From positions 41,942-105,941 of the IMG/VR virus record IMGVR_UViG_3300045988_180769: a DNA stretch of 64,000 bases. The stretch is one strand, 5' to 3'. The notes under the pieces were generated by a model that saw only the letters and a program-made list of their open reading frames with translations, ran no database searches and had not been told where the DNA came from. This stretch comes from a virus. Shown here piece after piece: positions 18,701 to 25,989 of the stretch (position 1 is its first letter; each line of letters starts with the position of its first letter). The translations under genes were made by a program, and so were the position numbers.

Positions 18701-21061
18701 TGTTTCAACTACATCCTGATCTTTAATAGTAACTGTTCCAGTATATCTCTTATAATTAGGATTCGTCACTACATATGTATATGTTCCATTTCCCAACATC
18801 ACTGATGTAACTCCATTGACATTAGTGATCGCTGTCTCTCCATTGATTGATAATTGTGCTCCTTGAATGAAATTTCCATTCTCAATATCTCTAACTGTCA
18901 ATCTAAAAGTATAATATGCCTTTCCTAACTTTACAATCTGTGATATTGACTCTCCATCTACAACCAGTCTATTGGAATAAGTCATGTATCCTGTTTTGAA
19001 AATAGAATAATCATAAATACCATCAGGTAAACTAATAATTGCAACACCATTTTCATCTGCAATATATGTTGCATTATTTATCGAAACAGTAGCTCCAGGA
19101 ATAACTGTTTCAGTCTCTTCATCTAATATCGTGAATTTGATTTCATAAGGAACTGCAGCCATTTCAATCACAACGCAGTTTGGTTCTTCACCAACTACTG
19201 TAATGTTTTGAGTTTTCCTTTGATATCCCTCTTTTAATACAGTTACTTCGTAATTACCAACCTCAAGTCCTATTTCAGCCTGTCCTTCTTCGTTGGTTAC
19301 TTCGTTTTGATTGACTACAGAAATATTCGCTTGTGGAACATAAACACTTCTTGTTCTATCTATCACTGCAAAACTTACTGTAAGTGTTTCTAAAAACATT
19401 CTTTCGAATATTTCTAATGGTTGATTTTCAACTGTCAGAACACTTTCAATTGTTTTAAATCCAGCCTTAGTTATTGTATAACTATATGTTCCAGGTTCGA
19501 GCTCAACTTTTGCTATTCCATCAGGATCTGTTGTTATTGTATAAATACCAACATTTATCGAAGCACCTTCCATTGGCGCGTTTCCTTCGTAAACAGTAAA
19601 TACGACTTCATAAGGAGTCGCTGTAAAATCATTTACTGTTACAAAAACAGGACCATTTAATACAACAAATTCACCAGTCTTTTGAGTCCAATTTGCTTTT
19701 GTTAAGCTAAAACTATATTCACCATTTTCGAGAAGAATATTCGCTGTTCCATTAGCATCTGTGATAATTACTTTATTACCTATTGTAATGTAAGCACCAG
19801 GAACTGGAATATTTTTTAAATTTGTTACAGTAAAAGATACAAGATATTTTTGAGATACAATAGTTGTTTGTGTTCCTTTATAAATGTCATTATCACTCGC
19901 AGGATAAAAGATGTTCGAAAGATCAGAACCAGAATCATATAAAATATTCCCTTCCAGATCTCTCATTCTAAATCCTTTGATTCTTGGTAACATATTCAAA
20001 GGTACTTCTTCATCATAATAGGGAAAGAAATATTCATCAGGAACATACTTAACACCATCTGATGATTTCACTACTTGTAAAAGATCGTCCCACTGAACAG
20101 TTTTTCCTGGCTCCCAAAATCTAAAATCCAAATATTTGGTCATTGCAATTTGAATATTCTTTCTTACATCTGCAATGTCTGTATCAGGATAAAGTTCAAC
20201 TCTAAAGTCTACACCTTCTTCTCCACCAACATACATCCATTTTGCATTCTCAAGAACAACACCAATTGTTTCTCCTGACAAATTTAATTCTGTTAAACCA
20301 AAATAAGGAGTTGCTTGTTCGAGGAGTGTTTCAAGTTCGTCATCAGTAAAAAACGATCCATTCTGTGTAACAAGATAGATATGTGTTTTACCATCCTCAC
20401 CAAGTCCAACATTCATCACTCTCAAAATTCTACTATCTAAATCCTGGAATATTTGTGTCCAAGATTCCATTGTTTCTTCTGAAAGCTTATTGTTGTAATT
20501 TATAATTCTGTTTCTAAATGTCTCATCATCCTCATAATCACGACCTCCAATAGCTGCATATTCATTTGTACACTCAATATGTGTCAATGGTCTTGGAGAT
20601 ACTTGAGTTATACTGTTTGCTTCTACATTAGTTGCTGAACCAGTAATAACACTCTTTACACTTACATATCCATATCCTGAATTATCAACTGTATAAGCCT
20701 GATCAACAATAAATCGTATACCATTCTTTGAAATGAAATATGTTCCAACTGCATAAATTGTTCCAGGTTGTGCAAAAACTCGTACATAAGTAGATGATCC
20801 TAAAGCCTGTTTTCTTGGACTTACACCAAACAATGCTGCAGACTTATCCAGATAATCTCCAGTCGCTGATTTTGGAAATATCTGCGCTTCTACGATACTA
20901 ATGTCTTTAAGTGCTTTTTGTGCAACCTTTGCTGTACCAAAAGCAACTCCATTCAAGATCGATCCATCAGCAATGTTGGACACCTTATCTGTCTTATTTA
21001 AAAACATTTCGATCCACAAGTTTTTTAAATTTGCGATCGTACTACTTGTTTTTGTAATCAT
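9761..21061 (-). CDS. giant baseplate wedge J-like protein fused to a modular tail fibre (3766 aa)
   Basis: N-terminal approx 390 aa fit Baseplate_J (P2 gpJ / T4 gp6 class): ATGDYLDKSAALFGVSPRKQALGSSTYVRVFAQPGTIYAVGTYF...VTGSATNVEANSITQV...NEYAAIGGRDYEDDETFRNRI. The rest is a long series of beta-sandwich repeats, seven approx 165-aa tandem units, an inserted jelly-roll-like domain, and a unique approx 700-aa C-terminus. ATG checked; one uninterrupted 11.3 kb ORF. Confidence 0.85.
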   Translation of the reverse strand: MITKTSSTIANLKNLWIEMFLNKTDKVSNIADGSILNGVAFGTAKVAQKALKDISIVEAQIFPKSATGDYLDKSAALFGVSPRKQALGSSTYVRVFAQPGTIYAVGTYFISKNGIRFIVDQAYTVDNSGYGYVSVKSVITGSATNVEANSITQVSPRPLTHIECTNEYAAIGGRDYEDDETFRNRIINYNNKLSEETMESWTQIFQDLDSRILRVMNVGLGEDGKTHIYLVTQNGSFFTDDELETLLEQATPYFGLTELNLSGETIGVVLENAKWMYVGGEEGVDFRVELYPDTDIADVRKNIQIAMTKYLDFRFWEPGKTVQWDDLLQVVKSSDGVKYVPDEYFFPYYDEEVPLNMLPRIKGFRMRDLEGNILYDSGSDLSNIFYPASDNDIYKGTQTTIVSQKYLVSFTVTNLKNIPVPGAYITIGNKVIITDANGTANILLENGEYSFSLTKANWTQKTGEFVVLNGPVFVTVNDFTATPYEVVFTVYEGNAPMEGASINVGIYTITTDPDGIAKVELEPGTYSYTITKAGFKTIESVLTVENQPLEIFERMFLETLTVSFAVIDRTRSVYVPQANISVVNQNEVTNEEGQAEIGLEVGNYEVTVLKEGYQRKTQNITVVGEEPNCVVIEMAAVPYEIKFTILDEETETVIPGATVSINNATYIADENGVAIISLPDGIYDYSIFKTGYMTYSNRLVVDGESISQIVKLGKAYYTFRLTVRDIENGNFIQGAQLSINGETAITNVNGVTSVMLGNGTYTYVVTNPNYKRYTGTVTIKDQDVVETIYIQIRDTEVTFIATDQLTGEVIEGVNIDLVNKGTMEKVTSGVTNALGQVTLSAEADDYTWTATHKWYISVTQDVTLEKLKDIEVPFTMKRKDINTEVDLTEFIPGVSGDEDTVKVSGVKSVEALGNDGFYYVLRMPESILVPNSAISFDMRDLVQTFRRPEDGGLNVEYDWLLLGGARLDINIIPIPSPFATLEGTQINVAENVELKRDATPRECYIDLTVTTEVSQSTGNIKLTQQKSSRFMPVKSGLKVTAKNTVDGTTKQYTTNENGAIFPDITPGVSYEFTITEAGFYTNNGLFIMSWNFEGNFPVDMQITASKQLELRVKQANTLRPLEGAEIVVTGMSLDQTVTSGSDGSAKVYITPLTMGYTCTFPDHNVLTGTFTPPLTNDYIDLVLTYEQITFNLTVSNTVPYNHVAESCPVTVSSTWGGTPSQQYTFTGTTNANGVLNTLGNGTFNIPPGNYKITVGDANGNYEVATKDIYLPTEKTTSIIATRRSFSITATVKEILPLISSTANPVKAGLVLACYYNENGTSSGPNVTTNASGQFTKTIYAGLPERFEVQPVVFYEGNGAVVKLNNTDAKTPILTYTCSKRIPVYVTSDQYGELTGATVVFKGMSVDQTQTTDSDGIVYMYLSPISMNYTVSAQYYDTTTLTFTPTGSETRMDITLKAQVFPVTFNVSTGGIIAPEGIIVRITNEDKSTLVYEGTTDVNGLTIIPDVFTGNYSYAVLAGEITTGTFFHPQTSTGTVIDVEVKYELINAGIQVSEIFGSNGSAYLADQTLTMTSKAGEITITLDENGYANMTLIKTLPYTFTTDAYPNFYSNPTQTYTWTEDGYIWPMNLNVSAQITFNVKDQYAGTNLQGATVTWNSQQVTTNASGNAVLYRSALTKDYSVDDSGYDTKQGTITPTTTSPVNVLLYRIKQTVTISVAEVIPGVTGSFAYNGMTINYTSAAGNGTLTLSATGTASFDAYLGIPISFAVVLHPEFYSNPTQSHTYTAAGQSFAMNLTCSAKITIKAITDIYVTDPNLGGATVTYFNQTGTAASDGTVSLYRSGLTQGLSVSNGSYFNPYSGTITAAQTSPLTVTLTRIAVTALLTVNETISGTNYPLANSKITISRPGITGSSHDLNANGQLVSGTYYLGISYTFVPTNYSNYYSNASQAHTFTASGQSWVMNLTCSANVVVNVKSNIPASTNIQGASVSYFHQTKTTDASGNATFLRSGLNQSLSSSATYFDTLSTTLTAAQSSPFNITMIRATTPIVLKVVETIPGVTGTFAYAGKTIKWTAGSSTGNITTDSSGNVSFSGILGTAITFSVTENTDFYSNPSQSFTYTSEGQSQTMSLTCAKQIVVNTKVNVPTGNVAANMSVTYFNQTKTTDASGNASFYRSGLDKSITVGDSSYINGYSGTILSTSASPFNIVLTRKTATVTLQVVERYPGATTDYSYPNRPITVSPLTSGSSVTLNANSTVSFTAYLGTPTTFTVQEAPSWYSNPTQTYTFTAANQTFKMTLNITARITFNIKSNIPSGTNLSGANVTFFGQAGVTDSSGNVSFYRGVPGREYQVSATYHTGTSGQIGSGTTGTVNVVLSRLSANVTLSVQEATLVHSGYCLEIATAASGSTSPGLGGFTYSFPTAANKEYVAYFYAKVPTGYSISFHTNAIGDSAVSRWLTGTAGTGDWGLYMYYIRTYSTGTFSSTFFFVLQGTTRPVAWQLGLATVYDITGNNFTSSTAGTIIQRACTYDKMVSRHSDYSFQNGNNNITIYNNSGGSAVTLTRKATPSNGSYNPVSVYPSKKMTFTPAASTSPLTLDTAGNVTFACYLGTPITFGVVDYRNYYSNPDNAITFTSSGQVALISLKCNNSIRVNVVSNVPASTVLPGANLVYFGQKETTTSEGYVFFYRSGLDKPLTGTATYFNPYSGTVTAAQTSPYTITMLRTTVTVTLTVNEVIGSNSYRLASTVMSRTSTGGNADLTLDGNGQKSNTVYAGLVYTYTPKNYASYYSNATQTHTWTTEGEGWTMNLTASTRITFNVKSKNYGGNLSGVTLTMLGQTGTTDSSGNVSLLRSGCAVTRTYSYSKTNYVSGSAQLAAGTASPVNIILSEATSSITITIKDVYQGVIKGNTNGCPVTLTNTTLSTITFSGSTNSSGQVSFGPMITGTYIVRWGGGTSYWVAGSANINMPTAASTHNASRLTRSIGSFFRIKYGSALGWWAINTYMKPVYTTAGTATTVTLSNSEAVSYLGTYTWIAGIATTVVAKVANYFVTGATTTETPYVITPTYNFSNVPTAESNAFTSVAIKTIVVTVQNSLTNAAVSGATIKMYGLNGSNAISGAFSGGYAPQTVTTNASGQATVYVSGLTNRYQVSASKYDSLETTNANTTNFTIKLVPSEATITFNVVREDNTSLVAANCAVKLSTNKSTINYSGTTNSAGTVSIVIRPGAYYLQLGGLVTGWGTGASSGDYPVTTTYPAVWNFNIDQSVQVRAMYIGNNGWVQKVYDYAAGNQYSYGRYTGIGPSYNPYYSQPSNSSAYVVPLDYNNLPSNKIPSVGCANFYSSRGFFNLGQFDMAAVNTSNIGQYSEQLSLSMYDQNIMKSKVIFHEISSQTSGAWGTFEKCILYMFTASPQESLPKIAIATFTLMYNINHQQCLSRLIINTTFGTSSNPNNYFSNFGCLNSYSCIGGVVLGHNTVESGEIIISPSFEPKSFVATLHNYVPSNTLINMSGSVNTTTSYYKFMKAYEDNTYFVTLALGLDQASALTAWKLSCIKYDRTLQVNNSTNYSYYDNQVSVIQANLGANCWINSNCTWMFFVPKGSPTLFGYAKGLYSYYYNGNVIINANGFIVDSQTYMNTEHTAFLRSQMASYYVQEIIFSKSGTKMILFISGTAGCFGALFQNTSYAEGNNPKSFSCWQYSDVEGVWKSLGGSGDKINMEGTYNQSVAGGLSEVYRPSVYEVLSWNGDSYISFAYPSYSNPAISGKLPTTFYGYKLIW
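12416..16423 (-). repeat. seven tandem approx 165-aa two-domain units (anchor motif [FWY]YSN[PA].Q..T[WFY]T), with an approx 178-aa foreign domain inserted between units 5 and 6
   Basis: Anchor codons located at about 16240, 15745, 15241, 14743, 14242, 13210 and 12718. Spacings are 495, 504, 498, 501, 1032 and 492 nt. Confidence 0.8.
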
Positions 21062-21066
21062 AGCAA

Positions 21067-21969
21067 TTATATTGGAACATTAATTAAAAAATCTTCTTTT
21101 GTTACTGTAACAGCTTTCACTTTCATGAAAACACTATCGTCTTTTTTCACCAAATCAATTAATTCAGCACTCGCCCATCTATTGTCTCTCTGGAACATAT
21201 TCATCAATGCTTTAAAAATAATAGGGTATTGAATTGCATTGGTTGTTGTGCCTATAAATTCATTGGGGAGTCCATAATCTTTAAATTCTGGAATGCAACC
21301 TTTTAGAGCTTCAAGTACAATTGTTAAGGCCTGATCCATCGATTCGTGATACTTAATTGCTCTCAAATCATTATTCTCAAAACTAAAGTTCATATCTATA
21401 TCTTTCCCAAGAATATTTTGATCCACAAGAGTATCAACTACATTATCAACATAATTCACACCCATGTTTTTCAAATTAACAAAGAAAGTATTACTACCTT
21501 CACCTGCCACATAATCCTCCTCAATTATATATTGAGGAATAGTTATATCCATCCAATCATCTTCAGGTTCATTTGATTCCATTTGTTCAGAAACTGATTC
21601 AAATGTTTCTCCTGTCCTGAGTTGTTTGGCCATCTGTAATGTATTTGTTCTTCCAACTGTAGCACTTCTTAACCATCTGTCAGAGTTCTTTATCGTTAGA
21701 AGTTTTGTTTCAATCTCAGAAAAGTCTTCCAATAGCTCCCACATAGAAAGATCGTCCAACTTATTTTCATGAAGTTGAAATAGTGGCTCGATTATTCTTA
21801 CTTGTGAAATGAGTTTATCTAATTCATGGAATGACTTTGCATCTATTTCTCCTCCCTGATAATAATCAACAATGTAAGGATAGTAGTTGTTGCAAAAGTC
21901 TACATATGATTGGAAAAACTCTTTTATGTTATAACCAGTCACTGATTTGAATTTTTCAAACATATCCAT
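21067..21969 (-). CDS. putative baseplate wedge protein (300 aa; function by position only)
   Basis: Immediately upstream of the Baseplate_J-like gene; ATG checked. Confidence 0.5.
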   Translation of the reverse strand: MDMFEKFKSVTGYNIKEFFQSYVDFCNNYYPYIVDYYQGGEIDAKSFHELDKLISQVRIIEPLFQLHENKLDDLSMWELLEDFSEIETKLLTIKNSDRWLRSATVGRTNTLQMAKQLRTGETFESVSEQMESNEPEDDWMDITIPQYIIEEDYVAGEGSNTFFVNLKNMGVNYVDNVVDTLVDQNILGKDIDMNFSFENNDLRAIKYHESMDQALTIVLEALKGCIPEFKDYGLPNEFIGTTTNAIQYPIIFKALMNMFQRDNRWASAELIDLVKKDDSVFMKVKAVTVTKEDFLINVPI

Positions 21970-21971
21970 AG

Positions 21972-22748
21972 TTATAATATATTAGCGATTGATGCAGCTA
22001 AATCATTCACACCTTTTTGAACAACACCTGCTGCACAGATTTTTGTTAATGCTGTTTTTGCTTTCGCTGAACCAGCCACAGCATCGAGTGGAGCGATTGC
22101 TATCATTGTTAAATTGTAGTCCCAAATCATGTTCTTATTCAAGTTTTGAGAAAACGATATTCCTGATGGAGGAACGACAACCAAGTAACTTTCTCCAAGA
22201 GCGAGATTATAAAAATACAATCTTAATGGCAATCCAGTTTTATCTACACCACTACTTTTTGATATAATACCTTGTAACATTTTGATACATCCAAATCCAG
22301 TTTTGATACCAGCATCAAAGGCTGGTGTTTGAAGACCAAAAGTACTTTTTCCAGAAATGGATGTCAATGAATATTTTCCTGCTGATAAACTATAACCAGC
22401 TCCTGTCACACTACTCATTCCTCCACCAATAGACAACAATATTTTAAATGTCCTACCAAAATCACCTCTTATATTGATTTCTTGTGGAGTAAAAGTTGGA
22501 GTACTCATTACTGTGATACCACCAGCTGTGTTTCTAATTGTTTCTCTTTTAGGATCTGTTTTTGTAATGTTGTTTGGATTTATTGGAAATGTGAAAAAGT
22601 CTATTGTATTGCCTTGTGAATCAGCTAATTCCAGAGTACAAAGATACACCTCAAAATCATTTGGATATTGAGATGCTAAAATTGCTCTACCTGCTGTTTC
22701 AATAATACCTGCTGCAGTTTTGATCGCAGCACTCGCTATATTTGCCAT
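21972..22748 (-). CDS. putative baseplate / tube-initiator-like protein (258 aa)
   Basis: Position in the baseplate block. FPINPNNITKTDPKRETIRNTAGGITVMSTP...INIRGDFG is reminiscent of contractile-injection-system tube-like N-domains (weak). Confidence 0.5.
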   Translation of the reverse strand: MANIASAAIKTAAGIIETAGRAILASQYPNDFEVYLCTLELADSQGNTIDFFTFPINPNNITKTDPKRETIRNTAGGITVMSTPTFTPQEINIRGDFGRTFKILLSIGGGMSSVTGAGYSLSAGKYSLTSISGKSTFGLQTPAFDAGIKTGFGCIKMLQGIISKSSGVDKTGLPLRLYFYNLALGESYLVVVPPSGISFSQNLNKNMIWDYNLTMIAIAPLDAVAGSAKAKTALTKICAAGVVQKGVNDLAASIANIL

Positions 22749-22767
22749 AGAATTTTTCTCTTTATGC

Positions 22768-22778
22768 GATAAAGATAC
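22768..22778 (-). promoter_or_regulatory. promoter-like box GTATCTTTATC
   Basis: Lies in the 41-nt gap between the stop at 22790 and the ATG at 22748; same motif family. Confidence 0.35.
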
Positions 22779-22789
22779 GAATTAATTTA

Positions 22790-23836
22790 TTAATCAGAAA
22801 AGATTACTTTACTTTTTATTGCATCAAAATTTAATGGTGAAATAGAAGCTACTGCTGTTTGACCTGCTGTAAATCCAAGTCTACCACCATCCATCGAACC
22901 AGCACCAGCCAAAGCTGAAGTCCATGCCTGTTTTAAAGTTGTTACTTGAGTTTGAACATTATTCAATAACTGTATCAATGTATTTGCCAATGTCAATGGT
23001 TCTGCAGCTCCATTAATTTCAACTTTCGCTCCTGTCAACAATTTTATTAAATTTTGTGCCAACTGAATTTGTTCTTTTGCTTCATCAAAAGAAATAACAA
23101 TATTGTTCTCATTCATAACAATACTCTCTTTCTCATTATTAAAATTCATGGCAATTTTTTGATCATCAATAACAAATTGAGCTTGTTTATCCTGTACATT
23201 TCGAATGATCTCAAATTTGTCTTGATTCATTATCACTTTCTTGATTTCCTTTCCAGGATCTTTTGCTTCTTTTGTAACATCGATAATTTGAGCTTCTATT
23301 GTGTCGAATCCAAGTACTTTCACTTTTTTAGAAGCTATCACTTCAATTTCACCTGATGATTGAATCTTAATCTTGTGTTCTTCATTACCACCAGCCAATA
23401 TTGTAAACTTAACTGGCTCTTTTGTTTCGATAATATTTATATTAAACTCCTTATGTTTTGGGTCCATACAAAACATTGTCGTTGTTGATTCATGACTTTT
23501 TCTAAATCTTATAATCTCTTCTGACCAATTAGGAGTTTCATCATTTCCTTGTACTGTTCCAACGATTATTGGTTGATTTCTAAATGCACCAGAAGCTATT
23601 ACTACTTGAGTTCCTTTTTCACCAGCTTTCTCAGGAAAAGAGATGTTTTGAATCGCTTCATTAGTAATGTATACATCTGTTTTAAACAAACCTCCTTCTA
23701 CTAATACACATACTCTATTGGTTCGATAACAAGTTTCGATAAAACCATCTCTATCCACCTCTTTTGGAATCATGATATATCCAACAGTTATTGGACTTAA
23801 ATCATTTCTTTGTGTCTTTGGCTTTCCTCCTGTCAT
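22790..23836 (-). CDS. putative baseplate central spike/hub protein (348 aa; by position)
   Basis: Follows the post-tape-measure gene with an ATGA-type overlap. The N-terminal segment could be OB-like, followed by beta-rich repeats and a helical C-terminus; no firm motif. Confidence 0.45.
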   Translation of the reverse strand: MTGGKPKTQRNDLSPITVGYIMIPKEVDRDGFIETCYRTNRVCVLVEGGLFKTDVYITNEAIQNISFPEKAGEKGTQVVIASGAFRNQPIIVGTVQGNDETPNWSEEIIRFRKSHESTTTMFCMDPKHKEFNINIIETKEPVKFTILAGGNEEHKIKIQSSGEIEVIASKKVKVLGFDTIEAQIIDVTKEAKDPGKEIKKVIMNQDKFEIIRNVQDKQAQFVIDDQKIAMNFNNEKESIVMNENNIVISFDEAKEQIQLAQNLIKLLTGAKVEINGAAEPLTLANTLIQLLNNVQTQVTTLKQAWTSALAGAGSMDGGRLGFTAGQTAVASISPLNFDAIKSKVIFSD

Positions 23837-25989
23837 ACTAATCCTCCATACATTTTTCTATTCAAAAAGAACTTAAATTGATCTTGATCAACCAATGGAC
23901 TTGTTGCTGTTGTTAAATTTCCACTTTCAGCTTGTTTTGCACTTTTCTTCAGTTCATCCAAATTCACTATCTTAAAATAAGATGGGCTCCCTTGCCAAGG
24001 AACTGTATTCGAATTATCAAGTCTCTTAATACTTTTAGATGCTGTTCTTTCAAGTATAGGGACATACATTCCTCTTTCAACTTGCAAAATAGTTCTTCGA
24101 TCTAATGAGCCTTCTGAAAATGAAACTGAATTCGATACACTCAATACATAGAAGAATTCATTTGTTGATTCGTTCAAAACAAATGTTCCAACTTTAATTC
24201 TTCTATCTCCATTGATCTCGATTGTTCCTGTTCTTGTAAATGGTAGATATGCATTGCTTTCGACAAGATAGATTAGATCATTCAATAATGCTGACTGCAT
24301 TGTTGAAAACTGCACTTTACTTTCTGTTCCATTAATTGTCTTCATTTGACAATACATATCATTTATCTCTAATTTTCGATTGCCCCAAAGTTCAGCATAT
24401 TCATTCAAATATACAATAGGAACGAACGCTAAATTTGTCGATTCATTGTCACCAATCAAATTATTATTTTGTACATGAACTTGAAACCATGAATACACTC
24501 TCGAATCGTAACTCAAATTATACGATATAACATTATCAGGTGTTATCGTTATATATTGACTATTCTTAAATGCACCCATTATTGCAGCCTCAGTAAAAGG
24601 TGGTTGTCGAACAATAAGATCAATTGTATTTATGTATGTATCAAAGAAAAATTCTACAAATGGATATTGACATGCTCTATTCACATAATCCATTAGTGTT
24701 CCATTTGGATTTCCAATACTCGAATCGACAACTATTCTTTGTTGAACTTCAGGAGATATGAAAGTCTTTACAATCTGCCATATTCCATTCACTTTCATAG
24801 ATTCTTGTCCTTCTACTTCATAGCTTTGTATTCTCTTATCTCCCCATGATTGAAAAAGATCGTTCTTACATACACCAATGTTCGACATTACATTGATAAC
24901 GAACCAAAGAATTTCATTTATAGACTTGTATTTGTAACTCCACAAAAAATCGTAATTTCCAGTAATGATATTTCTCTTGTACCAAGAATCTTGTGGCCTT
25001 CCAAGATAAACCCAATTTTGCTTTGAATTATTTATATCTATCAATGGTATAAAGTAACTTCCATCTTCGACAAACAATTTAGAAATATCTCGTCCAAATA
25101 TTGATGTTGTCTTTGAATTTTCCTCTGAAGAATAAGTTTCACTTGAACCATCTACAAAACCAATCATATCCCATACATTATAATTTGTTCCTGTATTGGC
25201 CAAGTTATTTGGCGAGACAATTATATCATCTGATAATATAGAGTCTCTTTCCCTTTCAAGTTTTAATCTCTCAAACCTGATAAAAACAATATCGTTTATT
25301 TGAACAACTTTCTCAAGAAATGTTTTGTAATCATATCCTTCCTTTGTAGTGACATTTACAATATCCCAATAACTTCCACTGTAATTACCACTTGTTTTTG
25401 CATCTTTAAATGGAGCTACATTTATTGTAAAACTTCCATTTTGAAAAGACTTATCGATATTACAATCCATTACATATTGACTAACATCAATAATTGAGTC
25501 TATTGCTTTACAGTATATCCAAACTCGAACATTTAATGGCTGAACTTTTGTCCTTACTGCAGCATCTTCATCGTCAGCAACAATATTGTCAGGAACATAT
25601 TTTGGATCTTTAATCAGTTTTTCCATATTCTCACTCCAATAGGAGAGAAAATCTTGTTGCTTTAAGAATAAAAAACTTTTCGCCACTTCTTCTAATATCA
25701 GTGGAGAGTCTTTTATAGGAAAAGCTAATTTTGTTGCAGGTTTAATATATGGAAGATTTTTACTCGAATATTCATTCTTATATTGTTCTTTCTCAAGATC
25801 GTCATATGTTGCCCATATCGTATCTATGTTTGAAAGCTCCTTCTCTCCTGAAACGATCTCCATAAACTGCTCTACTGTCAATTTAACACTTTCCTTGTTT
25901 TTAGGATCAACTTTAAATTGCCAGTATTCTATGAAAGCCTTTGGAGTAGTCTGTTCCTTGGTCTCTAATATGTAATTACTTATTTTCAT
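23833..25989 (-). CDS. putative baseplate hub / tail-tip protein (718 aa; by position)
   Basis: Starts in an ATGA overlap with the tape measure stop. Confidence 0.5.
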   Translation of the reverse strand: MKISNYILETKEQTTPKAFIEYWQFKVDPKNKESVKLTVEQFMEIVSGEKELSNIDTIWATYDDLEKEQYKNEYSSKNLPYIKPATKLAFPIKDSPLILEEVAKSFLFLKQQDFLSYWSENMEKLIKDPKYVPDNIVADDEDAAVRTKVQPLNVRVWIYCKAIDSIIDVSQYVMDCNIDKSFQNGSFTINVAPFKDAKTSGNYSGSYWDIVNVTTKEGYDYKTFLEKVVQINDIVFIRFERLKLERERDSILSDDIIVSPNNLANTGTNYNVWDMIGFVDGSSETYSSEENSKTTSIFGRDISKLFVEDGSYFIPLIDINNSKQNWVYLGRPQDSWYKRNIITGNYDFLWSYKYKSINEILWFVINVMSNIGVCKNDLFQSWGDKRIQSYEVEGQESMKVNGIWQIVKTFISPEVQQRIVVDSSIGNPNGTLMDYVNRACQYPFVEFFFDTYINTIDLIVRQPPFTEAAIMGAFKNSQYITITPDNVISYNLSYDSRVYSWFQVHVQNNNLIGDNESTNLAFVPIVYLNEYAELWGNRKLEINDMYCQMKTINGTESKVQFSTMQSALLNDLIYLVESNAYLPFTRTGTIEINGDRRIKVGTFVLNESTNEFFYVLSVSNSVSFSEGSLDRRTILQVERGMYVPILERTASKSIKRLDNSNTVPWQGSPSYFKIVNLDELKKSAKQAESGNLTTATSPLVDQDQFKFFLNRKMYGGLV

